Shown here piece by piece: positions 1 through 13,659 of a DNA stretch of 64,000 bases. Position 1 is the stretch's first letter, and each line of letters opens with the position of its first letter. The position numbers and the translations under genes are program-made. The notes below the pieces were generated by a model that ran no database searches, was not told the DNA's origin, and saw nothing but the letters and a program-made list of their open reading frames with translations. The DNA comes from the human T2T-CHM13v2.0 reference genome, Homo sapiens, in assembly GCF_009914755.1 (NCBI RefSeq), contig NC_060926.1; one strand, 5' to 3'.

Positions 1-59
1 CACCAGTGAGCTTTAGCTTTTTAGGGGAAAACTTGAGGTTTTTGAAATGAGAAATGACA

Positions 60-330
60 TGTTAAAAACATTACTCTTACTTTTATGTGCAGAATAGTCA
101 GCAATGAAGCAGTACAAGAAACAGAAAAATCAGCTGGGAAGTTATTTTAGCCCAGGCAAGAGAAGATGATGCCTTATTCCAGGGGGGGAAGTGGTGGAGG
201 TGGTAAAAAGTCGTTCTATTTTAGATATCCTTTAAAAGTAGAGCTGATAGGATCTGCTGAAAATCTACATGTGGAAGTTGGAAGGATTGAGAATGGTTCC
301 AATTTGGGGGATTTGAGGCATCAGTGAATG
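60..330. mobile_element. Degraded L2 LINE fragment (approximate bounds)
   Basis: L2-like text such as 'ccaggcaagagaagatgatgcctt...tagatatcctttaaaagtagagctgataggatctgctga'; similar passages occur at ~37600 and ~53250. Confidence 0.5.
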
Positions 331-2229
331 GTATTATAATTTAAAACTTACAGAAAGTCAAAGAGAGCTATGGTTATAAAAAATAAAATAAAAAAGCAAC
401 TCAATTTAAAATCAGACTCTGTCATTTACAAGAACAGCCCTGTAAGAAGTCAGAGTGCAAGGTGTACTAGTCAGTGGCTGGAAGCCATTGCACTCTAGTT
501 TTTAACACATCAAGGTTACCACCTTCCTCTTATAACTGATTTGCTCAGCAAGGGAAGATAAGTCTTGTAAGAATACGTAGGGACAATGAGCTATCACGAT
601 ACTCAGCATAGAAGGAAAAGGTGGACATTACAAATTAGCATATTTTAAAAAAGTATTTTAAAAGGGTGTTGAGGTGTCTTTGAAACAGGGTGAAGTATGT
701 TTGAAAACAAAGGAAAGACAGCATTTATAAAGAAAAACAGAAAAGTGTCATATTGAAGATCTTTGAAAATGTTATGATGTTTGTTTGAAGGAGGAAAAAA
801 TCTCTTGGATTTTGAGCTTCTAGATTGCATGACTTAAAGTTTTGTTGATTATTGAGAGGCTGATTTTATTCTTGAAATGTGATATGAATAGAGATTTTAA
901 AAATAACCCCAAATATTGTCCTTTTAAGTTTTTTGATATACGTAACTTTAAAATTTCTATTTATTTCAATTTATAACATTCCCTTTGTAGAAGGCCATGA
1001 CACAGTAATAAATATGGGTGTGTAGATCTATGTTTCAGCAGGGCAACAGGTAGTAGGATGGAACCCTGAGTTTCCATGTGTTCTTGCAATGCTGCTCACA
1101 TTGAAGTTCATAATATGAGATTCTGCACTTCTGAGCTGGGACCTTTAACAGTTGGGGGCAGCATCATTGCTCATGAACTGCAGGTTTAAAACCATCAGGA
1201 ACAAAGGGAGATCAAGCAGGGCTGCATCCATGCATGCTTACCTTGAGCTGAATCCAAACCAGCCCAGATCTGTTCTAGATCATCCTTTCTGATATCTATC
1301 TTTTAATAAAATATTTACAAAATATATAACTGAAGATTATATAAATAATAATTCATGTTATGCTTTGGTACTTTCATAGCTTTATTTTTACCATTTTAAA
1401 AAAAACCTCTGAATGTATTTTACTGTATAAGAATCTAACCCATTTCTTTCTTTAATGATTAGACAATTAATATTTTGAACATTGATCCTTTTTATTTTTA
1501 TATTAAATAAGTTGATTTAATTCTAAATCTATTTGTATTATTGCAATCATTGGGGACTTTATATTCTGTCCTGCTGCTGTGCCTGTTATATATTCATCTG
1601 TACCATAATATATAACTTTGAAGATCTTGAAATGATACTTACTGAACTCTTATGACAAAGAGTATAGAGATTCTTAATGGCTCTTGTTTTTCAATATTAG
1701 CTTGTTTTCTTGGTTGTATACTCATTTTTGCAAGCCAAAGTTGGCAGAAAAACATGAGGTTCTTTGTGTTAATTTATATTAAGATACTCTCCAGTTATAT
1801 TTACAAGTAGTTTTAAAATACGTTAACTTAGGTTAAAGCACAAATAAGATACTATTATTACTTGTGATTTATTGAACTATGTCCCATAATCAGCATAATA
1901 AAAATCTATTATTTTTCAGTGATGACTTGCACATTGCAAATTTTGATGTAGCTTCTCTTTCATTTCATATAAACCTAGATGTAGCAACAGCTAAAACAAA
2001 AATTGGGGATTAAGTTATTGCAAATAGATTTTCCAATAATCTGATGACTACTTTAATGGCACAGCATTTAACACAGGTCTAGAATCTGCTGATTAGAAAT
2101 TCAAACAAGTTCAGCCTTATTATGGAAAGAAAAATAAACAGATTGTCAACTGTTCTACGGATAAGTTTTAAGTACTTATTGATACCTTTTTGGTCTTTAT
2201 CTTATGTGCAGTAGAATAAGATACACAAG

Positions 2230-2400
2230 GGTTTACATTGTTACTTTGTATTATCTTGGACAATTTTCTTGATGTCTCAGCCTTTTAGGCTCCCAAAAAC
2301 TAAGGATAGGTATGCTCAACCCAAACATTTATTGTGGATATTAAATGAGAAAACATATGAGGGAAAGTGGGAGACCATGATAGATGCTCATCACTTACAA
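2230..2400. mobile_element. MIR SINE remnant
   Basis: MIR core-like 'tgtattatcttggacaattttcttgatgtctcagcc...ttattgtggatattaaatgagaaaacatatg'. Confidence 0.5.
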
Positions 2401-5400
2401 ATTAGATTCCTCCACACAACCTCCCATGCTCTCCGGTAACAGATCTAGACATAATAGTAATACTGTGTACAATTCCCTCTAAGATAATGCACCTTACTAG
2501 GTAGCCTTACAGAATGTGAATGAGTCTTTCCAAGGTGCAGAGTTGTGCCTCCAAAATGTTGTGAAGTGGGTGAAATTTGTCTCAGTTTCCCTCTGCATTT
2601 CACAATTCCTTGCCCTCACAGGAATTCAACCTCTTCCTCCTTCTCAGGCACACACGGGGATCCCTCTTCTCCATCCCTACTCTATCCAGGTGGATTGCGC
2701 CATTGACAGTGAGGTCACCACACTCTGGCATGTTGACATTCAAATAGGGAGGAAGATATCATGCAAGTCCATCTTCAATTGACACTTGTTACTCCCAATG
2801 TCTCAGTGTTCTCATTATTGGAAAAAAATGAGTCCATAGTAGAAGGTGTGGGTTGGAGGTATGATTATATTAGGTTTCATTAACTTAATGGAAAAACAGC
2901 TAGATAGAAAAGATGATATTTTAAAAGATTGGACAGGAATGTGGAAAACTGATCATGATACCTTAACTGATAATCAAACTAATAAAATATGCAATCACTT
3001 CCTTAATGTCTATATTTGTCACTAAATCATGACCTCTTTGGGGGAAGGGTTTGTGTCTGTTTGACTGACAGATTTACTGCCCTAAATGGGACATGTAGGC
3101 ACAAGATACACAGTTGTGGAATGAATAAACGTGCTTAAATACACATTAGGTGTAAATATGTATAACCAGTAAAAACAATGTGAAAAATAAAAATAATGTG
3201 GAATAATGGATGTTTTGCTCTTTTTGCAAAATTTAAACAGTTTTTTTTAGTATTTTTAAAGATAATAAAATATGAGGTGAGATTTAAAATCTACTCCAGC
3301 TCTAAAATACGAGCTAGATGGAGATAATTTGGAGAATAGAGGCCTCTTTCTGTTACCTCTAAAGTCCCATGGTTGGTAATCACTCCAAGAACTTGCCTTT
3401 AAAGATAAAAAATGGCTTTCTGCACCAGTGTCCTAGTTGTCCTTCATGAAACATGGTGTGAGCCCTGCCTTGCAACCATGAGGATATAGTTTCCCCCGGG
3501 CTGTTTCCACGATGAACTTACAATTATAATTTGTTTTCTTACATCTTCACAACCTCAGCCTCGCTATTTCTTACCATTAAGCTTGTGCTGATGCAAACTG
3601 CTTGATGTTTTATGTGGCAATAAAATGAGCACATTTAGATGGCCATTAATCTATTTTAAAAGTTGAGGAGTGCCAGGGAGAACACTTATTTCTGTCTCAT
3701 TTGGTATGTTGTTTAAGGCCAGGAATTTCTTGAATGTTTCTACAGTAACATATTACCAAGAAAGGAAAAAAGCATTGGTGTAAGCCTCACTTCATCTCGT
3801 GAATTACTGGCCTTGTAAAAATGATTGATTCTTTGAAATTAGATTCAAGTTCACAAAGAGTTTATCATTTTTACTTTAGAAATCTGCTTAACAAACAATA
3901 TCCAAAAATAAGAAAATGGAAATTTATTAAGAAAATGTGTTTGTGAATTTGTAAAACTGCATCTTAAAAATAGTAAAGTAAAATAGTTTATCTTTTCTAT
4001 AGGTGCCTGAGTCAAAAATCATGTTTTTTTCCTAAATAATTCATACCAGTGTGTTAAAGAGAGAGAGTATTTTTTAGAATTTTTGTAATCAGATAACCCA
4101 TTTTTTAAAATAAATACTATTTATAAAAGTAAGATCATCAAAAAATAAGATATTCACTAAATGATTAATTTAAAATGCATTTGAAATTAAATTGTGTCGC
4201 ATTTAGAAGAAAAATAAAAGACGTCAATTTGGGCTTTATCAAATAATGACATATTATCCTAAATGTTACAATTACAGAGCTATAAAGTGATATTATTCTG
4301 GAAAAAAATCACTTAAATAAAATGTGAATATTTTTTACTTAATGGATGACTATTAAATAGATTGAGGTATGACAGTTTTGACAAGAGTTTGGTTTTATGA
4401 CTACTATATGCTTACATTGACCTACGTACATCATGCGTTTTACTCTATCTTATATTAAGTATGTACAGTCTTCCCTGTAGGGAAAAAGTTTATGGTCTAT
4501 TAAGTAATCCGCCCCCCCATTTCTTTAAATTCAGAATATACTGAAGTAAGAGAAACATAGCACACCTAAGTAGGTTAGTGTGGAAAATATGTAATTATAG
4601 TCAGAATAAAAGTCACTCTGATCTACTACTTTTAATTTAGAGGAGCATATTGGTGAAGAAATTCAGCTATTGGTGTTTTATGAGAACATTTAAAAGCTAG
4701 TAAGCACAGCTTATACCACGTTTATGTTTCTTGACTGTATAGAGAATTATAAAAACAAGTTGAAAGAATAAAATTATTATTATTATTTCTTTTATTTTCT
4801 ATAAATGGGTCACTATGAAGTAAGCAAATTTCATTAAAGATCTTAAATCTTTGTTGCTTAGAAAAACTATATGAAACAAAAATTTGTAAAGCCTGTATTT
4901 TTTTCATATCTTTTCCTCATAAAAAATCTACATAAAATCATTCAATCAGTGTAATGTTGATGCTGCAAAGTATTATTGTTCCGTAATAATCATAGACAGA
5001 ACTAGAGAGATGCTGTAATTTTTTAAGTGGACTTTATTTTTAATGAGAACTTTTGTTAGTACTACATTAATAGAATCAGAAAGCAAACTTTGTTTTTTAT
5101 TTAACTTGAATTTTTATCTCATTGGGTGGGTGGAGGCCTTTACTTCTACACTGTAAACTTTAAATGTTTTATTGTTACTAAAGTGAATTTTTAGTTTATG
5201 GTGGCTTATCCATTTTAAGATCAATTTTAAGATAAGTCTTGATACAAAAATGAGAGTGTGTGGTTTTGTGTTATTTTTACGATCTCTATAAACCATTCAA
5301 ATATTCTTTTGAAGGGTCTAGAAGAGTAAGCTAGGCAGTAAGAAGGTCTAGGTAAAGGTAGAAAAATAAGGAAAAGAACAGAGAAAGTAAAAACAAGAAT

Positions 5401-6134
5401 CTCAGGATGATGTGGAAATAATTCATTGAAAAGAAAATTAAATGTTGCTGTGGTCAGAATCCCCATCACCTGGACCACATCTATAACTGAAGTTTTCTGT
5501 TGACCCCTCAAGGCTGAAAGGCAGCATTTGAGTGTTTTTTCTATGTGGCCTTCAGCTCTCAGGAAAGGCTGGTGTTGTCTTAGCAACTTTCACAATTACG
5601 TTGCCAGCAGGACTCTCCCAGAATCTGAGAGATAAATTATGAGCCCCTTCCTTCCCCAGAGACAACAGTAATTGTGAAATGTGTTACGCAACACGCATGC
5701 TGAAGTTCCTAAGGGAGGTCAACTCAACAATTTTAGTAAAATAAGGTTGAAATTTGATATATATCAGAGAAAAGCACAAGAGAACACTTAGTTACCAGAT
5801 AATGTGGTAAGAGTTGGAGATGATTCTCCACAGATAACTAGTTTTATCTAGAATAATCTAGAAGCCCTCATTTGAAATAGCAGGCTTTGTTTGTTAAATA
5901 GAAAGTCTTCATTACATTGTCTCTTGAAAGGTAAATAGGAGAAAACTAAAATTCTACCATGCCAATTTTAAGTATTTTCTTCTAAAAGGTTTTATTTCAT
6001 GGCCAAAAGATAGCTGTGAAATAGACAGCTCTATGTTTATTGAAGGTGAACCTCCAGCCTGGAGATGCCTTATGAGGTTTGCAGGCAAGCAAGTCAAAGT
6101 AGGAGTGTGTACAAGAATTACTGATTTCCAGATC

Positions 6135-6144
6135 GTGTGTGTGA

Positions 6145-6182
<38 letters not shown>

Positions 6183-6248
6183 CAGAGAGAGACAGAGGGA
6201 GAGAGAGAGAGAGAATGAGAGAGAGAGAGGACAGAGAGAGAGAGAGAC
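6135..6248 (+). repeat. Compound microsatellite (TG)n followed by (GA)n
   Basis: Direct reading: TG run 6135-6181, then an interrupted GA run to ~6248. Confidence 0.95.
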
Positions 6249-9011
6249 TGCATGAGCAAAAACTGGAGAAATAAAAGGAACCTAAGTGCTTATTTGCCCA
6301 TGTTTTATGAAGAGAAGAGGAGAAGAGGAAAAATAAGGAGAAATTAGAAAAAAGTTAGTGTTTTCACCTCAACACAAAGCAGAACTGGGGACATAAAGAG
6401 AGTGGAAATAACTCTTCCTGCCATATCTAAAATTACAGCTGAAAAGAGATACCATCAGTCTTATAGCACATGGTAAGCTTCAAGACATTCAGGACTGACC
6501 TAGTTCCCAAAGTAGGGTAACAGACAAAGAAAATGTCCACAGAAAATGCATGCAGCCTCATTTCTTTGAGGTGTTAAGAAATCCCTGAGAAGCGATTTTT
6601 GAAGACCCTAGGCTAATCATAATGACTTCCCAAATGTGGCCGATTATCATAAGTGTCAGGCTATTGCCAGCTCAAGTTGCCATTCTGTAGTATTCTAACA
6701 CGTGGCATTTAATTCCTAGTCAGGCTATATCATTCAGAATAATCATGTTGACAAAACCGATGTTGAAGAATGCAATTTGAAGGATTCCTTATTTTATTAT
6801 TTAAAGTTTTTTAGTTAATGGTTCTGGCTTTATTCTACATTTAAGGAACATATTGACCCTGCAGTTAATTTTATTTTCTTTGGCCTCTATTCTACTTTGA
6901 ATGTGAGACATTTTCATCTTCATGATCTATAATAATTCCTGGTCTGGAAATGAGTTACTCTAATCAAATAGCACCCATGAAGAAATCAGGCAAACTATTT
7001 TCAGAAATAAAGTTAAATTTGGATAGTTCTCCTTATTAACTTCATTCCTGGATTATACTTTCTTCTATGGTAATACGTCAGGGAGGTTAGGAGTGGTGAG
7101 TAAAGCAAGACAAAAGAAAAGAAAGAGGGAAAATACCCTCTAACGTTTCAAGCTATGGAGGAGAACATTTTCAATATATAATATACACAACTCAGTGGTA
7201 ATTTAAAGTATTATACAACAGCGTATTTATTTTAAATTAATTTAAATTATTTAAATTAATTATTGTATGCAATTGGTGAAATTGCATTTAATTTTACAGC
7301 ATAAGAACCTTCCATATGAAAGACTGTCTTATATTAAAGTATATTCTGTTAGGAAGTAATAAAAAACACGTAAGTGAAACATTGGAGTTGAATAGTTAAC
7401 AAACACATGGACTTAATGATAAAAAGAACTATATTTTATGGGCTGTGTGTATTGCAAATATTCTCGTATGTATTAATATAGTTTCTACACGTTGAGATAA
7501 AAAAAACAGAATTAAGAAGTAGCTGGACTAAGAACATATAGGAAATGCACATATACTTAATGACTTAAGTTACTATCAAACCTTCCCATGTAGTGAGTTC
7601 AATTCACTCTTCCAGGTTTCTCTAACACTATGTAATAAATTTTATAATAACATTTCATAGGAGTTTAACTTACAAAAATTTGGTATATTTTGGTGTCTTA
7701 TTCTGCTAGTAGGGATTTTGATGGCTTCAGATACAATACAAATTAATAATCTAATACATGTTAAAGAAGGTTTTCATTTTTTAGATTTTTCTATTTCTGC
7801 CTTTTCTCTACATGTAGCCTGTAGTTGCCACTTTTTATTGTAAACTTAATTGTCTACTTCAGAAATCTGTCAAGTTCCTTGAAAGCACGGACTGTATCTT
7901 ACTTAGATTGTATCTTTGGCACCAAATGCAAACCTGAATTCCAAGCACAGGAACTATACATTTCCATCCAAATATGTCCTACATTCTAGGTCTCTGTGTA
8001 TCTAGGAATAAACACTGATTCTTCAGCATTAATTAATACTGTATTTTAAATATCCCCCCAAAAAATGAGGCAGAAAAGAGATAAATTAGTAAGTTTGACT
8101 TACCAGATCTCTCTTTCATGGAAAATGCTTAAATTCTTCTGTAATTCTCAGTGGGATAGTCATGTAAAGAAAAGTTCTGTAGTAAGGAAGTGTAAGATAG
8201 TAAGAAAATAAGGAAAATATTTTCACTGCCTCTTCTGAGAAATCAGCACAAATCCTCCTCTCCCTCTGTTCATTATTACTTACTCTCTCCAGTTCCAAAG
8301 ATATAGATAAAATGCACTTTACTAATATATAAGGTAAATGAATCATTAATTTATAAGAAGTAGTCCAAATAATTCTGTGTGTATTTGAAGGGAAACTTGA
8401 ACAAGTATATGATCTAGTACATATATACTTCATATAAACACACAGACACATTCATCATATGTACCCTCTAACGCACATACACTTAAGTTATACTAATTAC
8501 CAGTAAATAATTAAAATAATAAAAAGAAGTTATGTATTATATGCATAATATATGAGATAATATTTTCCAGTGAAGAAATGTTACTAAATACCGAATTAGT
8601 ATTATTTTCATACAGAAATATTTTGTCAACAATGAATGTCTCTGATATGAATGATTTTAATATCACATTATGAGATTGTTAATTTTTTATTTGAATAAAT
8701 AAATGTATACATATATATTACTTAAAAATTACCATCATCTTTCATAGTGAGCAAATTCCAGTTTATTCTCTTGCTGTGAATTTAATACATCTAAGTAAAA
8801 TTGCTAAGATTTCATTTCAATTAAGAAGAGATTCTACCATATTTCCATTTCCCTCTTTCCACCTAAAGGAGAGACAATGTGTAGGCTGCTCAATTACTGA
8901 AATTAATCTTTGGTATATCACAATGGGATCTATATTATCAAAGTTCACAGGTCTCTCTTCTACAGACAAGACCAGTCAAGTAACTAATATAGGTTACTTA
9001 CTCATTCATAG

Positions 9012-9568
9012 TGAGAGGTGTAGCCAGCTGGACTTCCTGGGTGGAGTGGTGACTTGGAGAACTTTTATGTCTAGCTAGAGGATTGTAAACGCACCAACCA
9101 GCACTCTGTAAAAATGCACCAATCAGCACTCTGTGTCTAGCTAAAGGTTTGTAAACACACCAATCAGCAGTCTGTAAAAACGCACCAATCAGCACTCTGT
9201 AAAATGGACCAATCAGCAGGATGTAGGCGGGGCCAAATAAGGAAATAAAAGCTGGCCACCCAAGCCAGCAGCAGCAACCCGCTCGAGTCTTCTTCCACAC
9301 TGTGGAAGCTTTGTTCTTTTGCTCTTCACAATAAATCTTGCTGCTGCTCACTCTTTGGGTCTGCACTACCTTTATGAGCTGTAACACTCACTGCAAAGTT
9401 CTGCAGCTTCACTCCTGAAGTCAGCGCGACCATGAACCCATCAGGAGGAACAAACAACTCCGGACGAACCACCTTTAAGAACTGTAACACTCACTGTGAG
9501 GGTCTGTGGCTTCATTCTTGAAGTCAGCGAGACCAAGAACCCACTAGAAGCAATAAATTCCGGACACA
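9012..9568 (+). repeat. 5' LTR (LTR12 family, short LTR12/LTR12F-like type), 557 bp
   Basis: Starts TGAGAGGTG and ends GGACACA; tandem CCAATCAGCACTCTG units; matches 14845-15401. Confidence 0.95.
9090..9250 (+). promoter_or_regulatory. LTR U3 promoter: CCAAT (NF-Y) box array, GC box, TATA-like AATAAAA
   Basis: CCAAT at 9119, 9160, 9185 and 9209 (a fifth is mutated to CCAAC at ~9094); GGCGGGGC 9226-9233; AATAAAA 9244-9250; poly(A) signal AATAAA at 9330. Activity cannot be shown from sequence. Confidence 0.7.
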
Positions 9569-9571
9569 TTT

Positions 9572-9589
9572 TGGTGACAACAAAGGGAC
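9572..9589 (+). other. Primer-binding site, tRNA-Arg type
   Basis: TGGTGACAACAAAGGGAC lies 3 nt after the LTR end; 15/18 match to TGGCGACCACGAAGGGAC (recalled complement of the tRNA-Arg 3' end used by ERV9). Confidence 0.8.
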
Positions 9590-10452
9590 AATCACCAAGC
9601 AGTGAGTACCATCGGACCCCTTTCACTTAATATTCTGTCCTATTTTTCCTTAGAATTCGGGGGGCTAAATACTGGGCACCTATTGGCCAGTTAAAAGTGA
9701 CTAACACGGCTGCTGCACTAAAGACACGGGTGTCAGGCTTTCTGGGAAAGGGCTCTCTAACAACCTCCGACTCTTCGGATTTGGGAGTGTTGGTTTGCCT
9801 GGAACCAGCTCCTGCTTTTCCTGTACTTCTGGGCTGAGCCGAGGGTCGACAGAGAGGAAAGCCATTCAGCTCCAGGGTCCTGACAACAAGTTGGTTGACC
9901 CTGCGGCCATGAGCGGAACTCTCAAAGTCATGTCACCCAAGCAAGACTTGCCCATCTATCCTATCTTTCCTGACCCTTGCCTCCTTGGGTCCTAGCACCT
10001 GTCAGACAAACTTCCTCTCGCCTCTTTCCTCCAAGGCTAGTCCTGCTTCTAAAAACCACTCCCTGTCTCTGGTGCTTTTCTAATTTCTCCTATAAGAATG
10101 ATTTCTAGTATAAACTTCAGGACTCTGTTACCTTCTTTAGGCACCTGGGCTCACCAATCAGAAAGACATAATTTTTACTCAAAGCCCCGTCAGGGTCGGG
10201 GACTATCTGGAATTTTAGGATCCCTTCTCAGACTAGCAGGCCTAACAAAAGCTATTCCTGAAGCTAGGATATGGGGAGCTTCAGAAATGATATCCTTCCT
10301 ATTCAAGTGAGGACAAAAGGTGTCACTCTTCCAACCCTGGAGATCCCTTCCCTCCCTCAGGGTATGGCCCTCCACTTCATTTTTGGGGCATAACATCTTT
10401 ATAGGAGACGAGTAAAGTCCCAATACTAACAGGAGAATGCTTAGGACTCTAA

Positions 10453-10850
10453 CAGGTTTTCAAGAATGTGTTGGTAAGGGCCACTAAATCTGATTTTTCT
10501 GGGTCCTCTTTGTGGTCTAGGAGGACAGGCAAGGGTGCAGGTTTTCAAGAATGCATTGGTAAGGGCCACTAAATCTGACCTTCCTTGGTCCTCCTTGTGG
10601 TCCAGGAGGAAAACTATGTTTCTGCTGCTGCATCGGTGAGTGTAACTATTCTGACCAGCAGGGTCCAGGGACTGTTGCGGGTTCTTGGGCAAGAGGTATT
10701 TCTGCTGCTGTGTCAGTGAGTGCAACTATTCTGATCAGCAGGGTCCAGGGACCATTGCATGTTCTTGGGCAAGAGGTGTTTCTGCTGCTGTGTCGGTGAG
10801 TGCAACTATTATGATCAGCAGGGTCCAGGGACCGTTGTGGATTCTTGGGT
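10453..10850 (+). repeat. Tandem repeats in the ERV leader: 2 x ~85 bp, then 3 x 80 bp
   Basis: CAGGTTTTCAAGAATG at 10453 and 10538; TCTGCTGCTG at 10621, 10701 and 10781 with collinear downstream sequence. Confidence 0.9.
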
Positions 10851-10897
10851 TGGGGGAAAACAAACAAACCAAAACTGTGGGTGGTTTTGTCTTTCAG

Positions 10898-12352
10898 ATG
10901 GGAAACACTCAGGCATCAACAGACTCACCCTTGAAATGCAACCTAAGCCATTGTGACCAATTTGACCTGCAAACCCTGAAAAAGAGGTGGCTCATTTTTT
11001 TCTGCACTACGGCCTGGCCCCAATATTCTCTCTCTGATGGGGAAAAATGGCCACCTGAGGGAAGTATAAATTACAATACTATCCTGAAGCTTGGACCTTT
11101 TCTGTAAGAGGGAAGGCAAATGGAGTGAAATACATTATGTCCAAGCTTTCTTTTCATTGAAGGAGAATACACAACTATGCAAAGCTTGCAATTTACATCC
11201 CACAGGAGGACCTCTCTATGCTAGCCTCCCTATAGCTCCCCTTCCTATTAATAATGAGCCTCCTCTAATCTCCCCTGCCCAGACAGAAATAAGCAAAGAA
11301 ATCTCCAAAGGACCACAAAAACCCCCAGACTATCGGTTATGTCCACTTCCCTTCAAGCTGTAATGGCAGGGGAATTTGGCCCAACCTAGGTGCATGTCCC
11401 CTTTTCCCTCTCCGATTTAAAGCAGATCAAGGCAGACCTGGGGAAGTTTTCAGATGATCCTGATAGGTACAAAAATGTCCCACAGGGTCTAGGGCAAACC
11501 TTCTATCTCACTTGGAGAGATGTCATGCTATTGTTAGATCAAACCCTGGCCTTTAATGAAAAGAATACAGCTTTAGCTGCAGCCCGAGAGTTTGGAGATA
11601 CCTGGTATCTTAGTCAAGAAAATGATAGAATGACAGCCTAAGAAAGGGACAAATTCCCTACTGGTCAGCAAGCCATCCCCAGTATGGATCCCCACTGGGA
11701 CCTTGACTCAGATCATGGGGACTGGAGTCATAAACATCTGCTGACCTGTGTTCTAGAAGGACTAAGGAGAATTAGGAAAAAGCCCATGAATTCTTCAATG
11801 ATGTCCACCGTAACTCAGGGAAAGGAAGAAAATCCTTCTGCCTTCCTCGAGTGGCTATGGGAGGCCTTAAGAAAATATACTCCCCTGTTACCCAACTCAC
11901 TAGAGGGTCAATTGATTCTAAAAGATAAGTTTATTACCCAATCAGCCACGAATATCAGAAGAAAGCTCCAAAAGTGAGCCCTGGGCCCTGAACAAAATCT
12001 GGAGGCATTATTAAACCTGGCAACCTTGGTGTTCTATAATAGGGACCAAGAGGAACAGGCCAAAAAGGAAAAGTGAGATCAGAGAAAGGCCGCAGTCTTA
12101 GTCATGGCCCTCAGACAAACAAACCTTGCTGGTTCAGAGAGGACAGAAAATGGAGCAGGCCAATCACCTGGTGGGGCTTGTTATCAGTGTGGTTTGCAAG
12201 GACACTTTACAAAAGATTGTCCAATGAGAAACAAGCTGCCCCCTCGCCCATGTCCACTATACCAAGGAAATCACTGGAAGGTGCACTGCCCCAGAGGACA
12301 AAGGTTCTCTGGGCCAGAAGCCCCCAGCCAGATGATCTAACAACAGGACTGA
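10898..12352 (+). pseudogene. gag: ERV9 gag, disrupted by frameshifts and stops
   Basis: Myristoylation-type start MGNTQAS at 10898; MHR-like QGKEENPSAFLEWL; zinc knuckle CYQCGLQGHFTKDC (12179-12220); split over several ORF-track fragments; ancestral stop TGA at 12350-12352. Confidence 0.9.
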
Positions 12353-12753
12353 GGGTGCCCAGGGCAAGCACCAGCTCATGTCATCACCCTCACTGAGCCC
12401 TGGGTACGTTTAACCATTGAGGGCCAGGAAATTGACTTCCTCCTGGACACTGGCGCGGCCTTCTCAGTGTTAATCTTCTGTCCCAGACAACTGTCCTCAA
12501 GGTCCATTACCAACCGAGGAATCCTGGGACAGCCTGTAACCAAGTATTTCTCCCACTTCCTCAGTTGTAATTGGGAGATTTTGCTCTTTTCACATGCCTT
12601 TCTTGTTATGCCTAAAAGTCCCATACCCTTATTAGGGAGGGATATAATAGCCAAAGCTGGAGCTATTATCTACGTGAATATGGGGAACAAGTTACACATT
12701 TATTGTCCCCTGCTTGAGGAGGGAAGCAACCCTGAAGTCTGGGCATTGGAAGG
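12353..12753 (+). pseudogene. pro: ERV9 protease region
   Basis: Translates GCPGQAPAHVITLTEPWVRLTIEGQEIDFLLDTGAAFSVL...PLLGRDII...NPEVWALEG; catalytic DTG at 12446. Confidence 0.9.
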
Positions 12754-12759
12754 AACAAA

Positions 12760-13652
12760 CTCAAGCTCCAGCCTTAGGCCTTCTCACAGGACAAAACTTG
12801 TCTTTATACGTCACAGAAAGAGCAGGAATAGCTCTTGGGGTCCTTAATCAGACTCGTGGGACAACCCCACAACCAGTGGCATACCTAAGTAAGGAAATTT
12901 ATATACTAGCAAAAGGCTGGCCTCACTGTTTATGGGTAGTTGCGATGGTGGCTGTCGTAGTGTCAGAGGCTATCAAAATAATACAAGGAAAGGATCTCAC
13001 TGTCTGGACTACTCATGATGTAAATGGCATACTAGGTGCCAAAGGAAGTTTATGGCTATCAGACAACTGCCTACTTAGATACCAGGCATTACTCCTTGAG
13101 GGACCTGTGCTTCAAATATGCATGTGTGCAGCCCTCAACCCTGCCACTTTTCTCCCAAAGGATGGGGAACCAATCGAGCATGACTGCCAACAAATTATAG
13201 TCCAGACTTCTGCTGCTCGAGAGGATCTTTTAGAAGTCCCCTTAGCTAATCCTGACCTTAACCTATATACCGATGGAAGTTCATTTGTGGAGAATGGGGT
13301 ATGAAGGGCAGGTTATGTCATAGTTAGTGATGTAACAGTACTTGAAAGTAAGCCTCTTCCCCCAAGGACCATTGCCCAGTTACCAGAACTAGTGGCACTT
13401 ACCCAAGCCTTAGAACTGGGAAAGGGAAGAAGAATAAATGTGTATACAGATAGCAAGTATGCTTATCTAATCCTACATGCCCATGCTGCAATATGGAAAG
13501 AAAGGGAGTTCCTAACCTCTGGGGGAACCCCTATTAAATACCAGAAGGAAATCATGGAGTTATTGCATGCAGTGCAAAAATCCAAGGAGGTGGCAGTCTT
13601 ACGCTGCCAAAGCCTTCAAAAAGGGGAAGGAGAAGGGAGAACAGCAGCTTAA
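12760..13652 (+). pseudogene. pol: ERV9 pol remnant: connection domain and RNase H only
   Basis: PVAYLSK, GWPHCL, LNPATFLP, LYTDGSSF, ALTQALELGKG, NVYTDSKYA; in-frame stop at 13302-13304; no RT YxDD motif or integrase seen. Confidence 0.9.
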
Positions 13653-13659
13653 GTGGCTG

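Noticed and set aside
7228-7265. AT-only quasi-palindrome (tttaaattaatttaaattatttaaattaatt)
   Set aside because: Expected by chance in a very AT-rich background
8998-9387. Similar antisense ORFs in both LTRs (also 14714-15133)
   Set aside because: The similarity reflects LTR duplication and the repeated CCAAT units; nothing suggests coding
10621-10850. Regularly spaced repeats suggestive of a CRISPR array
   Set aside because: Whole 80-bp units repeat with no unique spacers, they lie in an ERV leader in primate DNA, and no cas genes are present
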